Positions 63,543 to 64,000 of a stretch of 64,000 nt of DNA are shown here, piece by piece. Source of the DNA: Selaginella moellendorffii (Eukaryota; Plantae; Lycopodiophyta); NCBI RefSeq assembly GCF_000143415.4, contig NW_003314261.1, positions 1,351,674 to 1,415,673 on the forward strand. Reading direction: 5' to 3'. Position 1 is the stretch's first letter. Every line of letters begins with the position of its first letter. Position numbers and translations under genes: made by a program. Under the pieces are notes generated by a model that worked only from the letters and a program-made list of their open reading frames with translations, was not told where the DNA came from and searched no databases.

Positions 63543-64000
63543 TCAATCAGTTATGTTATTAGGCGACCTCTGCGGCGATGGGCCTGTCACCCACACTTCT
63601 TGTTCAGCCCCGATGGGAGTTTCACTCGTGGTAGGCGAGGGGGATTTGCAGCACTTACAGTAGAGAACTACAGCAGCGGCAGCCAGAACAAGAACTGCCG
63701 CTCCCACGCAAATACCAGCAATGGCACCAACCGCCAATGAAGTCTTCGAAGAATTGGTGCTGGCAACAGCACAATCGCCACAGCACATGAACTCTGTGAT
63801 CGGTGTCGAAAAATCTCTTTGCGGGCAAATGGGAGTCAGCTTCCCAGTAAAACCACATTTGATAATAGTTGCATTCGAGACCTACTGGTAATGTCAGCGA
63901 TAAGTTGAAAAGCTGGGGGTTTTGTGGACTTAACTGGTTGAGTGAGAGGGAGAGGCTTCACATTCTCTGAAGAATGGAAGCTCCGTTTAGACACTGCTTC
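63543..64000 (-). CDS. alpha2delta-like paralog B2, 3' end only
   Basis: TM AVGAIAGICVGAAVLVLAAAAVVLYCKCC and tail, homologous to B1. The rest lies outside the window. Confidence 0.65.

Larger units (their letters stand above)
55301..64000. repeat. Tandem segmental duplication, unit 2 (continues past the window end)
   Basis: Collinear with 48788-52601 once the Copia element and the 60399-60735 insert are removed. Confidence 0.9.

Noticed and set aside
1-64000. CRISPR array or prokaryotic operon/defence system
   Set aside because: The DNA is eukaryotic and intron-containing, and I saw no repeat-spacer periodicity.

Overview
Gene-dense land-plant nuclear DNA with very short (about 50-70 nt) GT-AG introns and scattered PPR fragments. 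This style points to the lycophyte Selaginella (inference, not verified). 1-48.7 kb is mostly housekeeping genes: transaldolase, peroxisomal APX, SpoU methyltransferase, DUF4050, KORRIGAN-like GH9, PPR, uL10/P0, NSA2, NEPRO-like, WDR48, GRIK kinase, KCS, ARM-like, CYP710, GINT1/GT64, ABCI, VQ, MMTAG2 and PSST. Three AT-rich islands (about 10.6-16, 22.0-22.6 and 33.6-36.5 kb) interrupt them and carry a shared MITE-like repeat, a 2OG dioxygenase, a bulb-type lectin ORF and gene relics. From 48.8 kb to the end is a ~6.5 kb tandem duplication. Each unit carries a B12D-like gene and two alpha2delta/CACHD1-like single-pass proteins (vWA inserted in a dCache domain) that keep the amino-acid-binding motif. 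The second B12D copy is broken by a complete but degenerate Ty1/Copia element (TSD AAGAC) and by a captured microbial-type 2OG-oxygenase fragment. The Copia 5' LTR holds a 120-bp TG..CA segment built around a tRNA-like sequence. Gene coordinates are hand-read spans that include introns; family calls come from recognised motifs, with no database search.
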